Positions 1 through 20,239 of a DNA stretch of 64,000 nt are shown piece by piece; position 1 is the first letter of the stretch; every line of letters begins with the position of its first letter. The stretch lies in the NCBI RefSeq assembly GCF_009914755.1, contig NC_060948.1. The stretch is one strand, 5' to 3'. The notes under the pieces are model-generated. The model saw only the letters and a program-made list of their open reading frames with translations, was not told the origin of the DNA and did not search any database. The DNA is from the human T2T-CHM13v2.0 reference genome, Homo sapiens. The position numbers and the translations under genes were made by a program.

Positions 1-5126
<5,126 letters not shown>

Positions 5127-5194
5127 TAATTCTACTTTCTTCTATTATCCATATATGACTAACAGGTACCATATTGGAGAGTACAGCTCCAGGT

Positions 5195-5880
5195 TAGAGG
5201 TGGGCAAACATTTTCTATTAAATACCAGGCAGTAGGAGGGGTCTATAGGAGGGTTGTCCAACACCTGGGCCACAGACCTGTGCTGTGGTCACAAAGCAGG
5301 ACAGTGGTGGGGAAGGAAGCAAAGCTTCATCTGTATTTACAGCCACTCCTCATCACTCACATTACTGTCTGTCTGAGCTCTGCCTCCTTTCAGATCAGCA
5401 GCAGCATTAGATTCTTAAAGGAGTGCAAACCCTATTATGAAACATGCATGCGAGGGATCTAGGTTGTGTATGTCTTACAAGAATCTAATGACTGATGATC
5501 TGTCACCATCACCCATCACCTCCAGATGGGGCCACCTCATTGCAGGAAAACAAGCTTAAGGCTCCCACTGATTCTACATTATGGGGAATTGTAGAATTAT
5601 TTCATTATAAAAATAAACCTCATGATAAATGTCGTGCTTGAATTATCCCAAAACCATCCACCCCAGCCCAGTCCATTTTCTTCCATGAAACTGGTCCCTG
5701 GTTCCAAAAAGATTGGGGACAGTTGTTCTAGTTTTTGGTTTATAGATTGAGAGGCAAAATCAAGGATATCATGTTGGTAAACATGTAACTATTTAAAGTC
5801 ACCCATTTAAAAATATAGAAACCCTTCTTAGCTAGTAGATGACACAAAACAAGGTAGTGGGCTAGAGCTTTGCTATAGAA
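5195..5880 (+). mobile_element. Old hAT-type MITE remnant (MER58-like) interrupted by MER1A
   Basis: GGTGGGCAAACATTTTCTATTAAA at the left and GAGGCAAAATCAAGGATAT...CCCTTCTTAGCT...GTGGGCTAGA at the right resemble MER58 pieces. Confidence 0.4.
5249..5725 (+). mobile_element. MER1A hAT-Charlie DNA transposon (non-autonomous)
   Basis: Degenerate TIRs GAGGGTTGTCCAAC / GATTGGGGACAGTTG; internal GCTTCATCTGTATTTACAGCC and GCATGCGAGGGATCTAGG. Confidence 0.85.
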
Positions 5881-5888
5881 TAATCACT

Positions 5889-6020
5889 AATATATGTATG
5901 TGTATGTGTGTGTGTGTGTGCATGCAGATGTGCATATTCACGTATATGTATATATGTATATGTATGTATGCATGCATGCACATACATATATGTATTTGTA
6001 CATACATATATGTGTGTATA
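5889..6020. repeat. Alternating purine-pyrimidine (TA/TG/CA) low-complexity tract
   Basis: Directly visible. Confidence 0.9.
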
Positions 6021-6054
6021 CTTTTTTAGTAGAGAAGATTAAATCACATACTAA

Positions 6055-6345
6055 GTGCATAAGTATTCTTATACTGCTAATAAAGATATAACTGAGAATG
6101 GGTAATTTACAAAGGAAAGAGGTTTAGTGGGCTCACAGTTCCACATCCAAAAAGAGCATGTGCACCAGGACTCCCATTTATAAAACCAGCAGAACTAGTG
6201 ACACTTATTCACTATCACAAGAAAAATATGGGGAAAATTGCATCCATCATTTAATTAATTATCTCCACCTGACACTGCTCTTGACGTGTGGAGATTATTA
6301 CAATTCAAAGTGAGATTTGGGTGGAGATGCAGCCAAACGATGCCA
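6055..6345 (-). mobile_element. THE1-type MaLR solo LTR with an internal deletion
   Basis: CTGCTAATAAAGA...GGGTAATTTACAAAGGAAAGAGGTTTA...CTCACAGTTCCACAT, ending GAGATTTGGGTGGAGATGCAGCCAAAC. Confidence 0.8.
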
Positions 6346-6429
6346 GTAAGAAAGAATTAATCCAAAGGAAGGTATGAAAAGAGTAATGGAATAATACAAA
6401 ACAGATGGAAAGAACTATGGTAGAATTAT

Positions 6430-6594
6430 ACCTAACTGAAATTCACACTCACATTTTGGTGGAATAGTAAATGGGAAGACTACTTTTTTGAAGCATCTAG
6501 AGTATTTTTTGTAAGGTAAGACATATGATGATGCCACAACCAAACACTTCCTCACCTAGATATTTATTCAAGAGGAATGAAACTACAAGTCCTC
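6430..6594 (+). mobile_element. Ancient L1M ORF2 3' fragment, left half (split by the L1PA3)
   Basis: GGTGGAATAGTAAATGG...CTAGATATTTATTCAAGAGGAATGAAA; continues after the TSD at 12650. Confidence 0.6.
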
Positions 6595-7501
6595 GAGAGA
6601 GGAGCCAAGATGGCCGAATAGGAACACCTCCTGTCTAGAGCTCCCAGCATGAGCAACGCAGAAGATGGGTGATTTCTGCATTTCCATCTGAGTTACCAGG
6701 TTCATCTCACTAGAGAGTTCCAGACAGTGGGCACAGGTCAGTGGGTGCACACACCGTGTGCAAGCCAAAGAAGTGTGAGGCATTGCCTCACTCAGGAAAT
6801 GAAGGGGGTCAGGGAGTTCCCTTTCCTAGTCAAAGAAAGGGGTGACAGATGGCACCTGGAAGATCAGGTCACTCCCACCTGAATACTGCGCTTTTCCAAT
6901 GGGCTCAAAAAATGGCACACCAGGAGATTGTGTCCCGCACCTGGCTGGGAGGAACCTATGCCCACGGAGTCTCACTGATTGCTAGCACAGCAGTCTCAGA
7001 TCAAACTGCAAGACGGCAATGAGGCTGGGGTAGGGGCGCCCGTCATTGCCCAGGCTTGCTTAGGTAAACAAAGCAGCCAGGAAGCTCGAACTGGGTGGAG
7101 CCCACCACAGCTCAAGGAGGCCTGCCTGCCTCTGTAGGCTCCACCTCTGGGGGAAGGGCACAGACAAACAAAAAGACAGCAGTAACCTCTGCAGACTTAA
7201 GTGTCCCTGTCTGACAGCTTTGAAGAGAGCAGTGGTTCTCCCAGCATGCAGCTGGAGATCTGAGAATGGGCAGACTGCCTCCTTAAGTGTGTCCCTGAAC
7301 CCTGACCCCAGAGCAGCTTAACTAGGAGACACCACCTAGCAGGGGCAGACTGACACCTCACACGGCCAGGTACTCCAACAGACATGCAGCTGAGGGTCCT
7401 GTCTTTTAGAAGGAAAACTAACAAACACAAGGGACATCCACACCAAAAACCCATCTGTACATCACCATCATCAAAGACAAAAAGTAGATAAAACCACAAA
7501 G

Positions 7502-8513
7502 ATGGGGAAAAAACAGAGCAGAAAAACTGGAAACTCTAAAAAGCAGAGTGCCTCTCTTCCTCCAAAGGAACGCAGTTCCTCACCAGGAACGGAACAAAGC
7601 TGGACGGAGAATGAATTTGACGGGCTGAGAGAATAAGGCTTCAGATGATCAAATTACTCCAAGCTACGGGATGACGTTCAAAACAAAGGCAAAGAAGTTG
7701 AAAACTTTGAAAAAAATTTAGAAGAATGTATAACTAGAATAACCAATGCAGAGAAGTGCCTAAAGGAGCTGATGGAGCTGAAAGCCAAGGCTCGAGAACT
7801 ACATGAAGAATGCAGAAGACTCAGGAGCCAATGCAATCAACTGGAAGAAAGGGTATGAGCGATGGAAGATGAAATGAATGAAATGAAGCAAGAAGGGAAT
7901 TTTAGAGAAAAAAAGAATAAAAAGAAATGAGCAGAGCCTCATTTGTGACTATGTGAAAAGACCAAATCTACATCTGATTGGTGTACCTGAAAGTGACGGG
8001 GAGAATGGAACCAAGTTGGAAAACACTCTGCAGGATATTATCTAGGAGAATTTCCCCAATCTAGCAAGGCAGGCCAACATTCAGATTCAGGAAATACAGA
8101 GAATGCCACAAAGATACTCCTCAAAAAGAGCAACTCCAAGACACATAATTTTCAGATTCACCAAAGTTGAAATGAAGGAAGAAATGTTAAGGGCAGCCAG
8201 AGAGAAAGGTTGGGTCACCCACAAAGGGAAGCTCAACGGACTAACAGCGGATCTCTCGGCAGAAACTCTACAAGCCAGAAGAGAGTGGGTGGCAATATTC
8301 AACATTCTTAAAGAAAAGAATTTTCATATCCAGAATTTCATATCCAGCCAAACTAAGTTCATAAGTGAAGGAGAAATAAGATCCTTTACAGACAAGCAAA
8401 TGCTGAGAGATTTTGTCACCACCAGGCCTGCCATAAAAGAGCTCCTGAAGGAAGCGCTAAACATGGAAAGGAACAACTGGTACCAGCCGCTGCAAAATCA
8501 TGCCAAAATGTAA
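7502..8513 (+). pseudogene. L1 ORF1p (disrupted)
   Basis: ATGGGGAAAAAACAG start; ends ...YQPLQNHAKM*. Internal stop near 7856 and indels near 7910-7945. Confidence 0.93.
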
Positions 8514-8575
8514 AGACCATCGAGACTAGGAAAAACTGCATCAACTAATGAGAAAAATAACCAGCTAACATCATA

Positions 8576-12393
<3,818 letters not shown>

Positions 12394-12649
12394 ACAATGA
12401 GAACACATGGACACAGGAAGAGGAACATCACACTCTCAGGACTGTTGTGGGTTGTGGGGAGCGGGGAGGGATAGCATTGGGAGATATACTTAATGCTAGA
12501 TGATGAACTAGTGGGTGCAGTGCACCAGCATGGCACACGTATACATATGTAACTAACCTGCACATTGTGCACATGTACCCTAAAAGTTAAAGTATAATAA
12601 TAAAAAATTAAAAATTAAAAAGAAAAAGAAAAAGAATCTACAAGTCCTC

Positions 12650-12773
12650 ACAGAGACTCTTTGAGAATGTCTACGACAGGTTTATTCGTAGTAAAGAAAA
12701 ACAGGAAACAACCCATATGTCTATGAAAAGGGAAATGCATAAAGAAATTGTAATAGATTTACACAATGAATAC
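12650..12773 (+). mobile_element. Ancient L1M fragment, right half
   Basis: TTTATTCGTAGTAAAGAAAAACAGGAAACAACCCATATGTC...CACAATGAATAC, resuming TATTCATCAAC after the THE1. Confidence 0.6.
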
Positions 12774-12962
12774 TGTAGTACTTCATTTTCATGCTCCTGA
12801 TAAAGACATACCTGAGACTGGGTACTTTATTACAAAAAAAAATAAAAAGGTTTAATGGACTCACAGTTCCACATGGCTGGGAAGGCCTCACAATCATAGT
12901 AGAAGGCTTACATGGTGGCAGAGAAGAGTGATAATGAGAGCCAAGTGAAAGGGGTTTCCTCA
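12774..12962 (-). mobile_element. THE1 solo LTR, internally deleted, TSD AATAC
   Basis: TG...GATAAAGACATACCTGAGACTGGG...CACAGTTCCACATGGCTGGG...CA, flanked by AATAC at 12769-12773 and 12963-12967. Confidence 0.88.
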
Positions 12963-15003
12963 AATACTATTCATCAACAAAAGCCAATGGAAAAATAGGG
13001 GCCCATCTTGTTAAATGTTTAGAAATTGGACACACCAGTATAATCACTACACAAGTCAAAACCTGGAATAAAATGAGCAACCTTGAAATGCCCCTCATGT
13101 CCTTCCTAAGGAGACTAATTTTGCTTCCTTTTAAAGATTTCTGTATTTTCCAAACATTCTACAATGAATGTAAACATTTTTAAATAAGTGTTTCTCAGTA
13201 AGTTCTTTGTTTTTAAGTAATTCTGTACCCTTTTTTCCTAGAATTGACATCCTCTGCTACTTTGCTTATAAGAACTGACATATTTAAAATAAAATATTAT
13301 CTTTTAAATGATTATCCTAGAATTGTCCTCTGAAGCAATCTGGAATAAAAGTAAAGATTTAATTTAATGTCTCTGAACTTTAATTTCTAATTTGAATCTA
13401 GGCTGGAGCAAATAGATTCTAAAAAACAAATTTTAACACAAATTAATATTGTTTCTCATATCATCTCATAATGATTTGATGATTTATCCTATCCTTAATG
13501 ACTTTGTATCTCTGAAAAATACATTAATGGAAATGGATTTTCCTGATTATTTCAGGGAAGTATTTGGAAGGCAGCATATTTTAGTGACACTCTGAATAAT
13601 CTCCACTATACCCTCTATGTTACCCAGGACAACAGCTGCTACAGAAAGAAATTTCTTTGTACCACCCACCTTTGTTCAGCCAGAAACTTTAAAAAGAGTG
13701 CTTTGATTGGTCTCTCTGACCTACTTTTGTGTAGGTGTCCAAACAACGTAAATTCCCAAAGTCATGGGCCTTGGGCAACTATACAGGACTTTCCAATTGG
13801 TCCTCATAACTTTAGGCAGGGTCCCACCTCCACTATGCTAGATTCATATAAGACTATTTTTCCTAGAAATATGCAAGGATATTGCCCCTTTCACTTTGGA
13901 TTGTCTCTCAGTTATGGAAGTGCCTGGCTGTTTTGTATTCCAAAATATAATATGTAAGCAGTTCATTTAATGACATTATGAAGTTTCAGAGTTGTGCAAT
14001 GCAAAGAGGGACTGTGCACAGGACATTTGGACTTAAAATTTTGTCTGTCACCCACTCTAGTTCTATCAGTAGTTCACAGCACCCATTTTTAAGAATCATT
14101 ACTACATCAGGATCTATCCAGAAAAATCAGCATCCTTACCTGGTCAGTGGCTGATGTCACCCTGATAGGTAACCTGCCTCCCAGGCCTTGCTTCCCTCTT
14201 TACTTTGGACATAAGAGATTCACAGGATTGTTTTCAGTGCTTGGCTTTAAATAGTGTGTCCTGTTTCCTGACCCTTTCATTCATTTCAGCCACATTCTTT
14301 TCTCCAGCTAACACCCATAGTTATGATCTATAGACTGGCAGCTTCCTGACATTGGACCTCAATTCTGAGTCTTTTCAGAGTCAAAAGAACCCTCATGAAA
14401 GACCACCTGGCATACATGTGTATCAAGTTCCAGAAGGGACCCTTGACTGACCTAACACACTTCCTTCTTCATTTTTATGCCTTCTCATGCACCATCAGTA
14501 AGTTCTCTTGATTCTGAAATCTATATATGTGTACATGTGTGAGTACATATTTTTGTCTTTGTACTTTGTTTTGTTCTTTTTTCAAATTTGTGCATTTCCT
14601 TAATTTTTACTGCCACCACCCAATTTCATACCATTGTCTTCTTCTGCCCGGCTGTTGTAGTAGACTCTCAACAAGGCATCTCAAATCCCCTTATACTCAC
14701 CTCAAATCCATTCTCTTCAAGGCAGCCTGACTTAAAATTCTAAAAAAAAACTTGGATTGGGCCACTTCCCTGCTTAAAATCTTGCAATTATTTTATTATT
14801 TATTTAACATTGGAATAGCCCAAAATGTTTAGAATGGAATATGTAGCCTCTACTTCATTAATCTTGCTCCTGATTCTGTCCCTTAGAACATTGTACTATA
14901 ATGATAAAATGTTCCTAAAGAGACAAGCAAGCGTAAAAGTGGAGTAACTTAAAATGTTTTTGTAGGATTTAAAGCAATTTCTACTGTTATTTTGATAGCT
15001 GGA

Positions 15004-15315
15004 TTTTTTTTGGAGACAGACTCTCACTGTGTCATGCAGGCTGGAGTGCAGTAGTGCAATCATAGCTTACTGCAGTGTCCAACTCCTGGGATGAAGCAAT
15101 CCTCCCACCTCAGCCTCCAGGTTAGCTGGGTCTACAGACACAGGTCACTATGCCCAGCTCATTTAAAAAATATTTTTGGTAGAGGTGAGGTCTCACTATT
15201 TTGCCCCGTGCTCAGGGACTCTTTCTGTCAGGGTTGAGCACCTAGGCTCAACTGATCATCCAGCCTTGGCCTCTCAAAATGCTGAGATAACAGGTGTGAA
15301 CTACCACTCACAGCT
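15004..15315 (-). mobile_element. AluJ
   Basis: Dimeric Alu with J-type ATCATAGCT/AAGCAATCCTCCCACCTCAGCC; flanking direct repeat TTGATAGCT. Confidence 0.9.
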
Positions 15316-15664
15316 TGATAGCTAAAATTTTAACTTTGTGATAGTATTTTCTCAAAACAAACAAACAAACAAAAAAAGTGTGGAATATCCTGCTCCCAAT
15401 TTCCTGACTCAAGGGAATTAGATTATAGTTTAGATTTAAAAAAAAATACGGAACATATTTGGAATGCTATTGCATCGATTCTATAGAGAAACTGTAGGTT
15501 CATCACAGAATTAGAAAGATTTCCTCTCTCCTACCTTCTTGTCTATCTGATTACACCACTCCATTAGCCTGTTCTCACAACCAGGGACATGGTCACTTTT
15601 CACCATTTATACTGTCCAAATGAGAAATGGAAGCTTATTAAAATAAAATAAAAAATTTACTCAC

Positions 15665-16610
<946 letters not shown>

Positions 16611-18099
16611 GCACTTTAAATATGAGTGCAGTTCCCGATACCCTCTTACACAGCCTATCCCTCTGTGTTACTAGAGTGTTCTGATCACCGATGTTGGCCA
16701 GACATCGATCTTTTCTATTGGCCTGAATTCCTATGAATATGCAGAAACAACTAATTTTGTCATCAGAGTATTCTAAAAGTATTAAGTGGGGTTGGATGCA
16801 CGAGTCTGAGTGTTTCCTAGATTGTCAATGAATGTCAGTGAGCCTTCATCAACATTTCCTCTTCTATGTTCACTTTTCTAAAACACTGACTGAGAAAGTG
16901 TCTTAAAACTTTAGACATGGGTAGATTTATTTGCCAAACCCCAGGTCTCTGGAGAGCACATTACATTAAAACCTGAAAAAAAATTAGCCACGTTTCAGAA
17001 GCAAATTTTATTTTTAAGGAAAGTCAGAAAAATATATTCATCATTTGATAGTTGGACTCTTGCCACCGGTGGGTTACTTGAAGTACTATTATTAATAGAA
17101 TCACAAAATCACAATTCAGATCAAGCCCAGTTTAATTCAAGCCATGAGACTTTGGAGAAGATACTGACCTAGTCACTGGGATTAGAAAATTAATTAAACA
17201 TAAAGTGAACTCACTTCTATCTGTTGGATAAGTTTAGAGAGAACACCTTTACTAATTTATAGCAGCATAACAGAGAAATGCCAGTTTTGGGAAAGAAAAA
17301 AGCTCACTACCACAACCTTAAATTGTTAGCAATAACATCTCAACAAGTCAAAACCACAGTTCTTTTGCGCATCCTGTAGGCTAGTTAGTATTATTCAGGA
17401 TTAAGTGCATGGTTGATGAAAACCATGATCCACTGGACAGTATTTACAGCAGGACTTCTTTCTACTTTAAATACTGAGGTTTTTACATTTTATTTAGAAA
17501 GTTTATCTGCCCACCTTCCCCCATCCTACCGTCTGTTCTCACTTGATTCCTATCATAATCCTGAATTGGTTGAATCACAATTAGTTGCCATGGAGATGAC
17601 TGCAATGTCACAAACAAGATTCTGACTTCAAGTGGGGAATGAACAGTAGGCATTCTGAACTCTTCACAAATGAAATCTTGTCATTATGCAAATAGCCTTC
17701 AAATACTCAAGTGTGACCCAAAATGCATAATTTTCTTTTGTGGGATTTTTTTTTCTTCCTTTGGTGTAGAAATTACATTATCACCTACTAAATTCATTTC
17801 TAAAAGGAAAATGCCATGGAATTTCAAAGATACATTTTAGGTTGAAACATCCTCATATATAACAATTAAACATCATCAACATGCTATAGAGATCATTTTA
17901 GAAAATGCAGTGATTTGTCCAAATTTAACCAGATAATCTTTCCCCATTCAGAAGAGTAACAGCAATCATACTAAATAATTGCCAGATTATGGGTTTAAAA
18001 TTAAGGAACTTACAATAGATATGAAATATTCCTAACTTGGCTTCTGAGATTATATTAGTTGCTGATCACTCTCACATAGTGCCTAAATTCTGACCAAAG

Positions 18100-18302
18100 A
18101 TAGACATTTGGGTAATAGATAAATTGATAAGTGTTAGATATATATAGATAATACATGACAGGAATAGGTTGATAGATTATAGATGATAGAAAGATTAGAT
18201 AGATGATAGATGATAGACAGATGATAAATAGATAGATAGATAGATAGATAGATACATACATACATACATACATACATACATACATACATACATACATACA
18301 TA
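18100..18302. repeat. Compound STR, core (GATA)6(CATA)12 at 18231-18302 with a degenerate GATA flank
   Basis: Counted from the sequence. Confidence 0.95.
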
Positions 18303-19060
18303 GAAAAAATGATGTAATGATGTTTAGGGCTCCATGAAAATCTTCTTCGACCAAAATACATCTGAATAAATGTGGAATAGCATCTAAATTTTCCATGTGA
18401 ATCAGTCTTTAAAATAAACAGAAAAAGAATGGGGATAATAGTGACTAAGAATCCACTTGCAGATATAATTTCAATTACTGTATATGTGTTCATTGAGTTC
18501 TCACAACAAAATTGGTCATGTTGCTGGTAGACAAAATATCTACAGGACATGCAGCTTTGGGAAATTTTTTTGTAAACACCTAACTGTTATATTCTATGGC
18601 TAGAAATGTTGTCACATCTCTGAATCTTGGAGTTTCTGTCAAACGGACTGGGGTGGGTAAATTTTACACAGAGGATAGGTCCCCTAAATATTCCCTGGTA
18701 ACAGACACCTTGATGCAGAGTTTCGGGACTCTTAGAGGATGGACTCATGAAATACTATAGGATAGGTATTGATAGGTGAGATACCATAAGATAAGAATAC
18801 TATAGGATAGGTATTATCTGTTAGTTCTTTTAAAACAGATTAAAGTGACTTCCATCATAACCACATAGTTGATTTCCATTGTTGTTAATACTTAAAGATA
18901 CAGGGACTTTTGTGTTGAAGTAAGTGGGGAAATCTGTTAGAGAGAGAATAGACTAGCATAGAAAGTTATTCATATTTCTTTACAAGAGCCATTCAGGAAG
19001 GTTGGGAGAGGTGGGAAAATGTCTGAGGGTTCATGTACCTATTACAAAAACACCATTCAC

Positions 19061-19228
19061 TTTTATTTATTTATTTAGAGACAAAGAGTTGTTCTGTTTA
19101 CCAGGCTGGAGTGCAGTGGTTCAGTAACAGCTCACTGCAGATTTGAGCTCCTGGGCTTAAGTGATCCTTTTACCCTTAGTCTCCTAAGTAACTAGGACTA
19201 CTGGCACAAGTCACCACAACCTGATAAC
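19061..19228 (-). mobile_element. Alu right monomer (FRAM or AluJ fragment)
   Basis: CCAGGCTGGAGTGCAGTGG...CAGCTCACTGCAG...CTCCTGGGCTTAAGTGATCC with (TTTA)n tail. Confidence 0.8.
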
Positions 19229-19320
19229 ATTACCATTCTTAAGCTATTGATGACTGCTCTTTGAGGTCATGAAAGTTACAGTGAAGGGTCACCCAAATCT
19301 ACCATGTTGGCATGCATCTC

Positions 19321-19746
19321 TCTATTTGTCCATTCTCACATTGTTATAAACAAATGCCTCAGACTGTTTTTTAATAGAGAATAGAGAGGTAATTGGCTCA
19401 CAGTTCTCCAGGCTGTACAGGAAACTTGATGCTCATGTCTGCTCAGCTTCTGGGGAAGCCTCAGGAAAATTATAATCCTGGCGGAAGAAAAAGAGGGAGC
19501 AGGGACATTACATGGCCAGAGCAGGAGTAAGAGAGAAAAGGGGGATGTGCCACTCACATTTTAAACCACCAGCTCTCGTGAGAAGCCACTCACTATCTCC
19601 AATACAGCACCAAAGAAGTGGTGCTAAACTATTCACCAGAAATCCACCCCCATGATCCAATTACCTCCCACCAGGCTCCACCTCCAAAATTGGGAATTAC
19701 AATTCCACATGAATTTCAGGCAGAGACACAGATCCAAGCTCTATCA
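19321..19746 (-). mobile_element. MSTB-like MaLR solo LTR
   Basis: GGCTCACAGTTCTCCAGGCTGTACAGGAA...CTGCTCAGCTTCTGGGGAAGCCTCAGG...CCCCCATGATCCAATTACCTCCCACCAGG...TATCA. Confidence 0.88.
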
Positions 19747-20239
19747 ACATCTTAGGAATTGTACCCTGTGTGTTGGTACTGGATTAGCCCTGTCATCAGC
19801 CAGTAATAAGGACACCATCCAAGGCAAGAATTAACAGGATGTGTCTGTAGTGCCAGCTGGGGCCCTCACTGTTTCCTCTTACATCTGTTCTGTTTAGGGA
19901 GCAGAGCCCTTGGCCCACATGGTGAGGATGGCAGGATGCCTGCTTCAACAGCCTATGACATCACTGGCCAACATTGGCCTCTCATGACTGATTGCCTGTG
20001 CCTGTGTGGAAAGGAGACCTTCTAAGAAAGTCATTACTCAGTATTCCAGAGATCTGTTCTCCTCTGATGCCATTAGGGTCAAAAACAGTACCTACTACTT
20101 CCACCCCATGGCTCCTGGATGCCAGGATGACTGCTTCACCAGCCTATGCCATCACTGGCCAACATCAAGGGAACAAGGAAAATCAGTCAGCTGGTGGTGG
20201 ATTTCCTTGGCTCCTGGAAAGTTAGAAATGCACTTCAAT

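Noticed and set aside
16689-16707. Near-palindrome CGATGTTGGCCAGACATCG retaining CpGs
   Set aside because: Too short to exceed chance expectation in 64 kb.
18055-18550. ORFs with MYVC/YLSI repeats (also 5894-6091, 29410-29610, 31082-31420)
   Set aside because: Translations of microsatellites.
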